From contig NC_045696.1 in the NCBI RefSeq assembly GCF_009834535.1, positions 23,872,001 to 23,936,000 of the forward strand: DNA of 64,000 bases. The letters run 5' to 3'. Under the pieces are notes generated by a model, which did not search any database, was not told where the DNA came from, and saw only the letters and a program-made list of their open reading frames with translations. Positions 12,247 through 24,203 of the stretch are shown here, in pieces. Source of the stretch: Camelus ferus. Taxonomy: Eukaryota. A program made the translations under genes and the position numbers. The stretch's first letter is position 1, and each line of letters begins with the position of its first letter.

Positions 12247-12434
12247 AAAAATGAGCAAATGATATGAATGGATATTTCTCCAGAAAAGATATACAATGAC
12301 CAACAGGGCTATCGTTAATATCATAATTCATAATATTATGTTAATATAATAATGCTCAATATGATTTGTTATTAAGGAAATATAAATCAAAACCACAATA
12401 AGATATCACTTCACATTCACTAGAATAATTATTC

Positions 12435-12485
12435 AAAAAAGAAAGAAAGGAAAGGAAAGGAAAGAAAAGAAAAGAAAAGAAAGAA
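12435..12485 (+). repeat. (GAAAG/GAAAA)n polypurine microsatellite
   Basis: Seen directly, within the L1MB. Confidence 0.9.
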
Positions 12486-13129
12486 CTAGTTTTAGCAAGG
12501 ATATGGAGAAGTTAGAATCCTCATGCTTTGCTGGTGGGAATAAAAATGTTACAGCCACTGTGGAGAACAGTTTTCTGGTTCTTCAAAAAGTTAAGCATAG
12601 ATTTACTATATAACCCACACTTGACTTCTAGGTATATGACCCAAAGATCTAAAAACAGATATTCAAGCAAACACTTGTACATGAATGTTCATAGTGGCAC
12701 TATTCAAAAGGTAAAAACAACCCAAATTTCCCTCAAGAGATGCGTGGATAAACATATTTTGGTATGTACATACCAAAGCCCTAAAAAAGGTGTGAAGTAC
12801 TGATTCATGAACCTGGAAAATATGCTAAGTGAAAGAAGTTAGACACCAAACATCATATATTGATGATTCCATTTGTATAACATATCCAGGTAGATTTACA
12901 GATACGGAAAGCAAATTAGTGGTTTCTATAAGATGAGGAGAGGGAATGATGGAGACTGATTGTTTAGTGGGCATGGGGTTTCATCTTGGGGTGTTTAAAA
13001 TGTTTTGGAACTAGATAGAGGTGATGATTGTGCAACATTGTAAATGTACTAAATACTCCTGAATGTACACTTTAAAATGCTTTTTACATTCTGTGAATTT
13101 TACCTCAATAAAGAAATAATGAACAAAAA

Positions 13130-14200
13130 ATTACTACCCCAGGGAATTCATAAGCACAAGCCAGGCCCAATATGGGCTTGTTTTATGAATTTACATCTCC
13201 CCCTTATTGGTAGTGCCTGCTGAAGGATGGCATAAGGGAATGCAAATATTTTCTGGAAGAATACACTCTCAATCTAGGACTCAGGACAGTTTCACAGAAA
13301 GTTTCAACATGCCTGAACTCCTAGCAAAAACAGCAGCAAACAAAATGCAACAGGAAATAAAGCACTAAGACAAAAAAGAACAAAAACAATAGAACAGAAG
13401 CAGATCCACAAAAACTCTAGATATTGGAATTATTGGTTTTAAAATATAAAAATTAACAATATTCAAGATATTAGAGTAAAGAAATAGAAATCTTCCAATC
13501 TATGAATGAATAACGAGGCTATGAATTGATCAAACAGATAGGATAAAAAAAGAAATTCTAGAAGTGAAAAATATAATTATTGAAACTGAAAACTCAATGT
13601 AATGTTTTAACAGCATAGCAGACGCAGTTGAAGAGGGAATTTACAACTGAAAAATAGAGCAGAAAAAAATAACATGCAATACAATATGCAGTTAAAGATT
13701 TGGAAAACATGAAATGCAGGTTAAGGTACATTAGAGTAAAGTTAGAAGGCCAAGCTTGTATCTGGTCAGAAGTTTACAAAAGAATATACAGAATGGAGAA
13801 AAGTCAGTATAGAAAGAAGTAATGGCTGGGAATTTTCCAATATTGATGACAGACTTGAATACAGATTCAGGAATACTCACTGAAACCTATGTAGATGGCC
13901 ACAACAACACACCACACACTGAGACACACCTTGTGAAACTGCAAGCTTGCCAAAAACATAGGAGCACAGACAAAAATACCTAGAAGGAATGACAGCAGCT
14001 ACAGTGGGATCCAGAAAATGATGAGAAATATCTTCCAAGAGCAAGAAAATGACTCTCAAGGAATTACATTCTCTGTAAACAAATTGAAATAATGACATTA
14101 TCAGACACACAAATGCTGAGTTTTTAGCAACAATCCCTCACTAAAGGTTATTCTAAAGGATGTATTTCCATAAAAAGGAGAATATAGTAAAAGGAAAATA
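13130..14200 (+). mobile_element. Old L1M/HAL1 ORF1-region remnant
   Basis: ~13790-13850 translates 'NGEKSV*KEVMAGNFPILM', like L1 ORF1 'EEIMAENFPNL'; 'gatccacaaaaactctagatattggaattat', 'ccctcactaaaggttattctaaaggatgta'. Confidence 0.7.
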
Positions 14201-14244
14201 TATGTGATTTTTTTAAAAAGCCAATTATTGTAAAAATTAGTGTA

Positions 14245-14360
14245 CTCATTGTTCAAACCAGAAAACTGAGGTCCAAAGTATTTCCCAAGATCTACAATCA
14301 GTAAGTGAGAGAGTCACTCTTAATATCTTGATCTGTTTGACAAAAGCCTGTATTCTATAT
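14245..14360 (-). mobile_element. MIR fragment
   Basis: 'agaaaactgaggtccaaag...cccaagatctaca...agtaagtg'. Confidence 0.6.
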
Positions 14361-14391
14361 ACTTAAGTATATATTTAATCCATAGCCCAGA

Positions 14392-14753
14392 TGTATTAGC
14401 CTGCTCAAGCTGCCATAACAAAATACCATAGACTGGCTGTCACTAAACAACAGAAATTCATTTTCTCACAGTTTTGGAGGCTGGGAATCCCAAGATCAAG
14501 GTGGTGGCTGATCCGTCTCTGGTGAGAACTCTCTGGCCTGTGGATAGTCACCTTCTCTCTGTGTCCCCACCTGGAAGAAAGAGAAATTCTTCCCCCTCCC
14601 TCTTTTTATAAGTCCTATCAGATTAGGGTCTCATCCTTGTGACCCTGTTTAATTTTATTATCTCCTAATGACCCTGTATCTTCAGACATAGTCACAGTGG
14701 GTGTTAGGACTTCAACACATGAAGGGGGAGTGGGCATAATTCGGTCTGTAGCA
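14392..14753 (-). mobile_element. MaLR solo LTR (MLT1A/B-like), full length
   Basis: TG...CA termini, 5-bp TSD ccaga (14387-14391) / ccagt (14754-14758), 'gctgccataacaaaataccatagactgg', 'ttctcacagttttggaggctggga'. Confidence 0.92.
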
Positions 14754-14829
14754 CCAGTCTTCCATCTGCTCATTTTCGTCCTGAAAGTTATCTATAGACC
14801 CTATGATAAATTTACTTTATTCTCTTAAT

Positions 14830-15311
14830 ATTTAAAGGGAATATTTGCTGCTAGTCACTCCTTACTCCTCACTACAAATTCATTTTCCACCCATCTCTTC
14901 TCTGCTCTGTGCCTCAGGAGGTTAACCTCTGCAGTAGCTCTATTTTCTGGCAGATTACTGATTGATTTCGACCCATAGGTTGCATTGGCAAAAGAGAAAT
15001 AGATTGGAGGGGAAGAAAAAACCCTCTCCCAGTGCTTTAGTACCACTCCTCGGGCAACTGCTGTGTTCTTCCAAAACTATAGTTCCAACTGGGCAGTCCT
15101 TCCTCCAATGGATTCTAGTAACACTATTTCTTCTCCTTGTCCCTTTAGACCAGACATAGTAAAGCTGCTAATTCCTGGGTGACTCACTAGCCCTTATTTG
15201 TTCCTGAAACCCTATCTACAACTTTGTAAGGAGTCCTGTCATTAAGTTCTTTTCACTTAAGCCCTATGCAGAGTGAATTCTCTATCTTGCTAGGACCTAG
15301 GACCAGACCAG
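14830..15311 (+). mobile_element. ERVL LTR (LTR33-like)
   Basis: 'ctctgctctgtgcctcaggaggttaacctct', 'tagtaacactatttcttctccttgtccctttagacc', 'ctttgtaaggagtcctgtcattaag' match recalled LTR33 blocks. Confidence 0.7.
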
Positions 15312-17306
15312 CCTTGCTTAAAGATTGCTTTTAATGTAAAGGTCAGGTAATATGGGACTAAATGCCATTCCACTTTCGTATTTGGGGGAAAAAATGTGCA
15401 TAGACATCCATTGCATTTAGAAGGGAAAGATGAAAATGGAGAGGGGGAAATGCTCGGAGTGAAAGGGCCCTTGCAGACCTGCATAAAGAAATTGAACCTT
15501 CCACCTTTGGAAAATCCTCACCTGCCAAAGAGTGTCTCCCAAGGGAGCCATATGGGAAAAAAGGCTCTTTTGTCTTCTTATGAATAAATTGAACATCATT
15601 ACCCAAGTATTGTCCATTCCTCTCATGGAAGGGTTAAAAGTGGAGATTGTTCATTTTCTTTATGACTCATTTCTTTCAGTTTTTCACCTTTGGAATAAGT
15701 GGAAATTCCCAATATTTTAGTTTAAAATAGGTCATTTCCCTCTTGCTTTGTCAGAGTAGTCTTACTTCCCTAAATTGGGTGACTAGGTGTATCTAGGGAG
15801 TTTCTCTAAGTGGTGTAGCTGAGTTTTAAAATCAATGTCATTCTCATTGTTGGAAATGCATGGTAGAAATCTGTTGGGATTGAGCAGTAAATGCAGAGGT
15901 AGGTCATGAAAGTCAAAAACAGTAGGTTGGAAAGAGGACTAGAAAGAGCCCCCAGCAGAAAAGCCATGCAAGTGGACAATGGGCAGGTGCAGGTAGGTTC
16001 AGAAGCTGTGAAATCAAGGTCAAGAAAGGAGAGCTACAGAGAGGAGCCAAAGGACAAGCCAGGAAGCTCTCCGTGGGGGTAGGTCTCACTGCTGAGACTG
16101 AGAACAGTCTGAAAGTCCTTTTTCACATACTAGAAGAATTCTATAATATTAAAATGAGAATGACTCTGAAACTTCTGTTAAGTTCATTGAAAATCTAAAA
16201 ATAAACTTATACTATCCATATAATAGAGAGATTTTATCCTTAAATCTCCTGATGCTGCCTTAGATATACCTACACCATCAGTGTGTGTCATTGCATGAGG
16301 TCATGCAGGAGAGACAGTGAGTCAGCAAGGGAGGAAATGGCTTCTCACTGAGATAAATGCCTTGTCCTCTTCGTCCCCAGGGTGGTGGTGACCCAAGAGG
16401 GAAGCCAATATAATAGCAGGCAGTGTCGCTGGGACCTTTGGGATAGAGTGTTTTAACCTTGGCTTATTGTCTGTTAAACACCTTGAATATTGGACAGATG
16501 ATGTCATGACTTTGTTTTCCTAATGCCCAGAACCGCCCTTGCCTGCTGGTAGGTAAACAATAAAGGTGGACCGAGTGCCAAAACATTCCCTTGCCTCACT
16601 CCTTCTGGCCTTTCAGCCCCTACACTTACCTTAGAATTGATGGACATAAGGAGACTGGGTCTTGCCTGGACCTCCCACCTCGCCTGTATCACGCCAACCA
16701 CTCTGCTGCAGTGTGTGTTTGCTGAGTGTAGCTAAAAGTCTAGATAAGGGGGAGGATGGGGCAAACTTTTCAGCCAGAGTTTGGCCTGGGGAAAGACTTC
16801 AAAACTTGCCTCCTGCGACGCTCCAACAGTATTGAGCTCAGATGGAAGCATTTCATAAAGTGAAATCCGTAGCAGCTCTCTGTATGTAGGGCCACCAGCC
16901 AGATATACCTGGAAGCAGGCGGGTGTCTTGCATTCTCTGCCACGGAATGATGACAGAGGGAAAACAAAGGGAAATGCCCAGGAATGTCAAGTCAAACAAA
17001 TTGTAGCTCTCTCTGCTGCCTTCTCTGACCTTGTTGGGAGGTAAGTCACACCTGTGGGAGGAACGTTCAGAGTACACATGTTTGTCATTTGAGGCTTCTA
17101 TCTGCTCCAAAAGAAACTCTAAATCTTCCTTATGGAGGCACTGACATTTAGTTTGGCACATTTTCAGATACTAGAAAAAGAAACGTGACTTGACAAAAAA
17201 AATATGTCAAGTTAGTATAAAGCAGAAGAGTCATCTACTTCAAGGCATTTGGAGAATAATTTGCACATAAGTGTGCAAATATACAAGTTTCCAGGCACTG
17301 GGATAC

Positions 17307-17352
17307 CTTCCTTCCTTCCTTTCATTCTTTTTTTTTTTTTTTTTTTTTTTTT
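17307..17352 (+). repeat. (CCTT)n plus poly-T tract
   Basis: Seen directly. Confidence 0.9.
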
Positions 17353-18545
17353 GTCAATGAATACCATGTACCTTCAGTAGATAAGTGTGACTTTTCGAAA
17401 CCTTCTAAAATCAAGTGGGGTTTTGTTTTCCTTTGCAGTATTCAGGGGCGCTGTTTCGGTTTGGTTTGTTTGCTTGCTTTTTCCCAAGTGAGGTTTCTGT
17501 TTCAAAGTTCAAGAGCATCATAGAAAGATAAACTTCACTGCATCTGAAGATGAGCGGGGAGTGTTTTAGAGAAGCTATAGCATCCACTTTAGAGTAGATA
17601 TTAATCTTAAATTTGGCACATATTTATCTGATGAGCCTCCCTGTGTGTGTTCCAAGTTTCAATTAAATCCCTTATGGGGCACCAAACCCATTGATTCATT
17701 TGGTGGGGCTGTTATACTCTTGTATGTGACAAAATAACCCAGAGAAGCTTACAGCTTAAAATGTAAGGGCTCTAGAAAGACTGAGGGGATACAAAGTATT
17801 TTCCAAAATGGCCATGTTCTTTGGTACTTGTTAATTCACTTGCTGAATATTTTGACTTATTTTTCTTTTCCCCAGAGGGGCATTTAATTCTACATTCTCA
17901 CTTTTTCCTTAGCTCCTCACCAGCTTCTACACTCTGTAACTTCTATGGTCCTGACATGTGAAGGCAATCTTGATCCCTCCAAGTCTTTGATTATCATTTC
18001 GCTTGTCCAGACTAGCTCCGCCATCATTCTACCTTTAAAGATAAAAGGCTGGCCCATGAACAAAATTAGAGGGGGAAAGTTCATTTTTGTAGTTCCAACA
18101 ACGGAATATCTTCTACATCTATTGATGCCCAAGTATCAGCCATTTGAAGGCAGATTTAACAACAACAACAACAAAGCCTGTGTCAGAAACATTAATATGT
18201 CATGCCCAAGTCATACAGAATCTCTTGAACTCTAAGGGAGGGAAAAAAGGCAGCCTGCTTTTAGACCTTCTGCTTTCCATATTAACTTTGACCTTAGCTA
18301 TTTCTCAATCAGCTGCTTACATATCCATTTCATACACTGGAGGTGTAGAAAATTTCATAAGAAGAGCAACCAGCATAAAAATGACTTTTTAAAGAAAGTT
18401 CAGCAACCTCTGTATAGATCGAATATGACATGTTCAAGTCACTGACTTCATTTATTAAATGCACTTCCCTGATGTGTTAAATGACTCTTTCTTCTAAGTG
18501 CAGAAGGTTTGTGTAGCTTTCCCTGCCTGCTCCCGTCTCATCTCC

Positions 18546-18570
18546 ATGATTTACGACGTTCTCCTGACAG
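18546..18570 (+). promoter_or_regulatory. PBX-HOX(9/10) composite site ATGATTTACGAC with adjacent MEIS site TGACAG
   Basis: Exact 12-bp match to the PBX1-HOXA9 consensus at 18546-18557; TGACAG at 18565-18570. Confidence 0.55.
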
Positions 18571-19053
18571 GCTTCAGACATCTAGGGTCCATTAGGTAGG
18601 AAGGAGTTTTACCTCTGGGTGAGTCCTGAAGTAATCCTGGGGTGAGCTGTATTGTTTGGCAGTCTCCCTGGGAGTTTTTAAAGGAACAAACAAAAAGAAT
18701 CATCTGGCATAGAGATGAGGCGGAGTTTCTCTTGCTTTTGAAGTAGTCTTTATAATTTTGGGGACTTTTATCTCTATTATTTTTATTTTATAAATGCACA
18801 AAGTTCTCCCTTTTAAGGACACGGAGAATTGGAACAAAGGTGACTAAGAAGATGGTGTTTCAGAAAGATTTGGGGAAAAATATGCAGCTGCCCAAGTCCT
18901 AAATTGGGGCCACTTGTTGGAACCCTGAGGATGGAAAAGTACATCTTGCATTTAAAACATGGTCTTGTGCCTGTGAATCAGTAGAGGATGTTTATAGATG
19001 AGGAATGTTCTAATGTTGTCTGGAAACAGCTGCTAATGCTGGATCAGTATCAG

Positions 19054-19079
19054 GTGTGTGTGTGTGTGTGTGTGTGTGT
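19054..19079 (+). repeat. (GT)13 microsatellite
   Basis: Seen directly. Confidence 0.95.
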
Positions 19080-19619
19080 ATAAAATAGACCCACATGTCC
19101 ACAGAAAACTGAAGCAGCTAGTGGGGATCAACCATAAATTAAGTTGCTGAAAAATTCAAGGTACTTGTTTTCTCTGAATTTTTTTCCAGTAGAGTTTGTT
19201 GTCTGAGTGTACTTGGGAACCCTACCCTTACCTCTGAGCATTGTTGCTCCAAGGGCTAGTATTTAAAATGGAAATCATTATTTTGAAAAAGAAATTGATA
19301 CTAAGATAGATAAGGGTTTACCCTGCAAGTGTTTTGCACAAATTCTTTTAAAATGGAGTTGCAAACGTGTCAGCCTTTTTTCTTTCCTTTGAATGGATTT
19401 TATTACTAGATCAAGAACTTCTAACTGTCAAGCTCAAGTAAAATGTGAAATCATTCACCTCTTCCAGTCCTATAACAGGCTGAGTCTTCTGAGTACCTTT
19501 TAGTTAAAAGAATAATAATAGTTCTTAAAAATATGAAAACATGGGTTAGTGATTGCTACCTGTCCTCAGGCCTGGGTCTAACACATTGTCACCCTGAAAG
19601 AGCTCTGATGAAATCTAAA

Positions 19620-19658
19620 TTTGGTGTTAGAAGTCCATTGCTGTATTAATCTTTTGAA
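19620..19658 (+). repeat. 39-bp direct repeat, copy 1
   Basis: 36/39 identical to 20849-20887. Confidence 0.9.
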
Positions 19659-19659
19659 A

Positions 19660-20295
19660 TAAAAATGTCATAGTTATGACTCTTTGGAAACTGCCACACT
19701 TAACTTCCAAACTGTTGCTTTTAAAAAGGCTAATTCGGGGTTGGGTACATTAATGTCAATGTCCTATAAAACTGCCAGCTAAAAAAAATGTCAGCAGAGA
19801 CATTTTTTTTCTGGCCGATGTCAGCACAAAAGGGTGCCTCAGTTGTTTTCATCTCCAAACAGCTGCGTGCTTTCATTGACATTTGGTGACCTTTCTTTGT
19901 GCACTCGGCTTAACCTCTTAGGTTATTTCCTGGCCTCCCTTCTGTGACCTTTGACCGAGGCCGACCTTTAGCTGGAGAATGTGACATTTTGTTCTCCTCT
20001 AGCTGACATGTGATGCTCTCATTATTCAAAGGTATGTGAAAATAATGACCCTGAGTGACCTTTGAGTTTCCTTCCATTTACTGGTTGTTTTTGGTGCTTG
20101 TTTGGCATGTACTGGCCTAGGTGCAGGGGGGGCGGGAAGGGATTGGGCCATGATAAGATGGCCAGTATCTCTCTTTATTCTGTTTCTAACCCCTTTCCTG
20201 TAGAAGAGCCACTGTACTGTTTATGATGAAGCCTTAGTATTTTCTGTTCATTGCAAATGCTATGTTTGGGGACGATTTTGACCTTTGAACACTAG
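19660..20295. promoter_or_regulatory. Putative enhancer: TGACAT cluster plus nuclear-receptor DR1/DR4 elements
   Basis: Seven TGACAT/ATGTCA in 19665-20009; DR1 TGACCTtTGACCG 19945-19957; DR4 TGACCCtgagTGACCT 20046-20061; DR1 TGACCTtTGAACA 20279-20291; no recognisable repeat. Confidence 0.55.
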
Positions 20296-20848
20296 GTCTT
20301 TTTGAAATGTAAGAAATTTGGTGCAGTGAGTGGAGCTACTTGTTTGTTTCTATCGTCTTCCCATTAATGGCATTTCTGTAGATAATTATGCCAACACTTT
20401 TATATTTAGAAAGTGAATAATGCATATAGAAATGAATAACTGAAAAATTTGTCATTTGTGTTTTGTATATAAATGATCTAGCTGGATCTTTGAAAGAGTT
20501 CCATTTCTAAATAAAAGTTTTATATATGTTATCATATATTTTTTAAGAAACCTAGATTATTCTTATCTATTTAGTGCTATATTAATTTAAATGTGTATAT
20601 TCATTAATATACGAATGTGACCAGTGGGTACAGAGTGTGGAGAAGGAAAACGAATTTGAGCATTGATAAAACAATGGTCATAAGTTACTTAAGCTAGATT
20701 TGGAATTTCAGACATGAGGGTATTTAGACATATATATATCTATAAGAATTTAGATATACTGACAATACTTTTTATCACAAATATGTTACTAAATAATTTA
20801 TGAATTGGATGGATATACAGTTTTCAGTAAGACAAAATACATTTCCAC

Positions 20849-20887
20849 TTTGATGTTCGAAGTCCACTGCTGTATTAATCTTTTGAA
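20849..20887 (+). repeat. 39-bp direct repeat, copy 2
   Basis: 36/39 identical to 19620-19658. Confidence 0.9.
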
Positions 20888-23800
20888 CAAAGTAAGGAAT
20901 CATCATCCTTTTTATATAACACATGTCTGCTTGCATTTTGCTCAGAGTAAAGTCTCACTTCATATAATTACCTCTAGAATAGATATAGCACCATACAAAA
21001 TTGTGGATGAGAGTTTGGATTGCTTGGCCAACATTTAGCATGGTCATTAACTCTGAGCTTTCATAATTTTCCAAGGCAAGCTGTTGAGATGCTGAGAATG
21101 GGTGACTTGAGGGTTATTATCAGTACAGTGACAACTATATGGTCTTCAGCAAAAACACAAGGCTGTCTGACTATGCACATTCAAATAAAGAAAAGCCCAT
21201 CACTTCCAAGCTATCATGCCCTCCTAATTTCATCTCCAAATATTTAAAGAAAAAAATTATACTGTATTATGTTACACTTTGCAGTATTCTAAAAAATAAG
21301 ACCTTTAACATTTTTTACATGAGACTTTTTACACTTGTGACTTAGTCCATTGTTTGAGCCTGAATTTGAGAAACATTGACACAGAGTATGACTTTCTTTC
21401 AAAGGACCTACCTTAAAACCATCCTTTCTCATACCTGAATTAATGGGACTAATTTCAAAAAGGATACAAGAATGGTGGATTCTTCAAGGAACGTGGTTGT
21501 TTCAAGACTACAAATACTTGTCCATTAACCACCTTGATGCAGAGTGGTACCTTCCTAGAGGAAGCATGCTTTTAATCCTACTTTGCATAAGGGTGCCACA
21601 GGGGCTCTCTATTCAACATATACTTGAATGACTACCTTAGATAGAGACTTGTAGATGCATGAAGATAAAATCTAAATCAGACACAGATATAGCCTTCAAG
21701 GAAGATGGGAACTGGCAGAGAAGAAACATCAGTGTAGCACACAGAAATTTCCAAGTGCTGTAAGAAATAAAGTTCTACAGGATTTCCACACACACAAACA
21801 AAAAGACCTTCAACTTAATGTATTTTGCTAATTTTAACATTTCTATTCAAAAGAATTCGCAGATACATTTTTGGCTTGTCTGTAAAATTCACTTCTTCTA
21901 TCACAGTCCTTGTGCATAATTAGTACATATTGCTTTATCATCCACCAATCATCTAAGCAAGTTTACAAATAATTAGATTTAGGTCCATTATCTCCTGTGC
22001 AGTGGAAGTTGGACCTAATGTCAAAGCCAGAACTCCTCCTTCTCGAACAACAACAACACATGTTTAAACTCCTAGGTTAGAGATCCCCAGCTACAAAGTA
22101 AACTAGGAAGGTAGCAATTAAAGTTTGAGATTAAGCTCACAGAATTAATGTGGCCAAGAATTGAAAAGGAAAAGAAACGTAGGGTACCTCCAGAATGGCT
22201 ACGTGTTTACTCCTGAGTTTCAACCCTGACCATATTCAACAGGAGTATTTGCTTACTGAATTTTTTTTTTCCATTTCTTCTGCCTCATACTGATAACTTA
22301 GACAATCTTTTGCCTCTTTTTTTTAGCCAATGATAAGTTTCAACGATTTAGAAAAGCCTCAAAAACTATTTGGAGAATGTATCTTGTGATTTGCACTATG
22401 CAAATACGACATCTCGTTAAGATTTAATTGCTACTTTGTCTTTATTCAAATAGATTTAACCCAATAAAGGATCAAATTAAAAATATTTCACGAGTCCTGG
22501 ATAGAACTGAAGCCCTGTTAATAAACAGATGTGTACGTAGAATAGATATCCTGCCAGACATTCAATGTAAGATATTCAGTGAAAGGAAGCTACTACAGGA
22601 AAAAAACAAAATCAAAGTGATCAGTATGTTGGTAATTACATACATTAAATTGTAGGTAATATATTTATTCTGTTATTTTGTAGGGTTTTACAAAGAAATA
22701 ATTAAATGCACTCTAAGGATGTTTTGGGTTCCCTGATTCAGAAATACTTGATGCATTAATCTCCTTTATTTACTTGTTACTTATTTTTGGAAACCTGTTT
22801 TTGCACTTAGCTCATTTTGTTCTCTGTAAAGATTCTAACTTGTCAGGCATTTAATCACCATTAAAGACAAATGCTTTCACTTGTTCAAAAAAGTTTTCAC
22901 CTAATAATGAAATATGACTTGCCATACAAATGTCACCCTTTATGGACAAAGTGCTTTAAAGTGATAACGGGTGACCAAGTTATAAATATTTAAAAATTGT
23001 GTCTGGCAGGAGACATAAGCTTCCCTCTCCAAACCCCAAAACTGAAGAGAGCCAAGGTCTGTTTCCTGCTTTGTGATATTGCCTTATTGTTATTTAGATG
23101 TCTTTAACCACAGAGGCCCCGTGCTCCCATGTGGTAGATTCCTAAGGAGCCATAAATCTACACCTTGGCCAAGTATGGTTTTTTCAACATGTTTTGTTAA
23201 GCACCAGAAATGTGCACACAACTAGCAGAAGAGTCAGTCTTGCCTGGAAAATCCTAATCAAGTTAATGTTCGGGTCTTTTGGTACCTAAGCACTCAAATT
23301 TGGCTATGATTTCTGTATTATTGGAAATATAAATTCCAAAAGTAACGCTCCAAATGGGGAAATGGAGATAAAAAAATTTGGCTATAATAGCAAAAAGAAG
23401 CAATACATTTTTAGTTTTATACAGTTAAAAACAGAAACAAAAAACTAATCTCCAATGGGTTGCCTGATTACATGTAAGATAATTTTTCCTATAGCTCTTT
23501 ATGTAGTTACAACTTTGCCTCTTTTTCACCGTCCAGGAGAGATATATTGTAATTCTAGCTAATTTCACTGAAACTCCTTGCTGTTTCTTGAGAAGGAGTC
23601 TAGATACCATAGATATTTCTGTATCATTATTGATTTAAAAGTACATACTTCCTTTCTCCTTTGTAATAAGGATTTATTTTAATTTTTTCACATAAAAATA
23701 CTTAATAATGATTTCTTTGTTTTAGACCCATGAATTACAAGATAAATAATTATTTAACTTTGAGCTGGGAGAAGAAGTAATTCATAATGGAAGCTGGAGA

Positions 23801-24203
23801 AGAAAAAAAATGGAATGAATATCTAAAATATATCTAGTCAAAACAGCAGTCCCAGGAACTACCATAATTCACTGTATTTTGCCAATGGATTTCTTTACTT
23901 TTATTTTAAAATTAATAATAAAATATTTTGAATATCAGATTTTTATTCTTATAGCTGTTACTGATTTCTTATAGTGATCATATTTTCCCTTAAGTGAAGA
24001 AAGTACCTTAAAATATTTCTAAAATTAACAATAAAATCCTTTTAATAATGTACTGGTGGTTTTTGCTCTCAGAGACCAATAAATTACTCTATGGAACATA
24101 GTAACTCAATATTTGTTCCTGAATGCAATTGAAATACCCTCTATATACATAGAATCTGCAAAGGAATTTATTTCAGCAGGATAATAGTTAATTCATAGTG
24201 TTA

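Larger units (their letters stand above)
11080..13118 (+). mobile_element. 5'-truncated LINE-1 (L1MB-class): decayed ORF2 C-terminus plus 3' UTR
   Basis: ORF 11591-11812 'DRIKSEINPYIHGQLIFN' resembles L1 ORF2 'NRIESPEINPHIYGQLIFD'; 3' end 'gatagaggtgatgattgtgcaacattgtaaatgtactaaat...tttacctcaataaa'; many frameshifts and stops. Confidence 0.92.

Noticed and set aside
17132..17170. ATG GAG GCA CTG (MEAL...) as a known alternative first coding exon
   Set aside because: Similarity to a known N-terminus stops after four residues; coincidence
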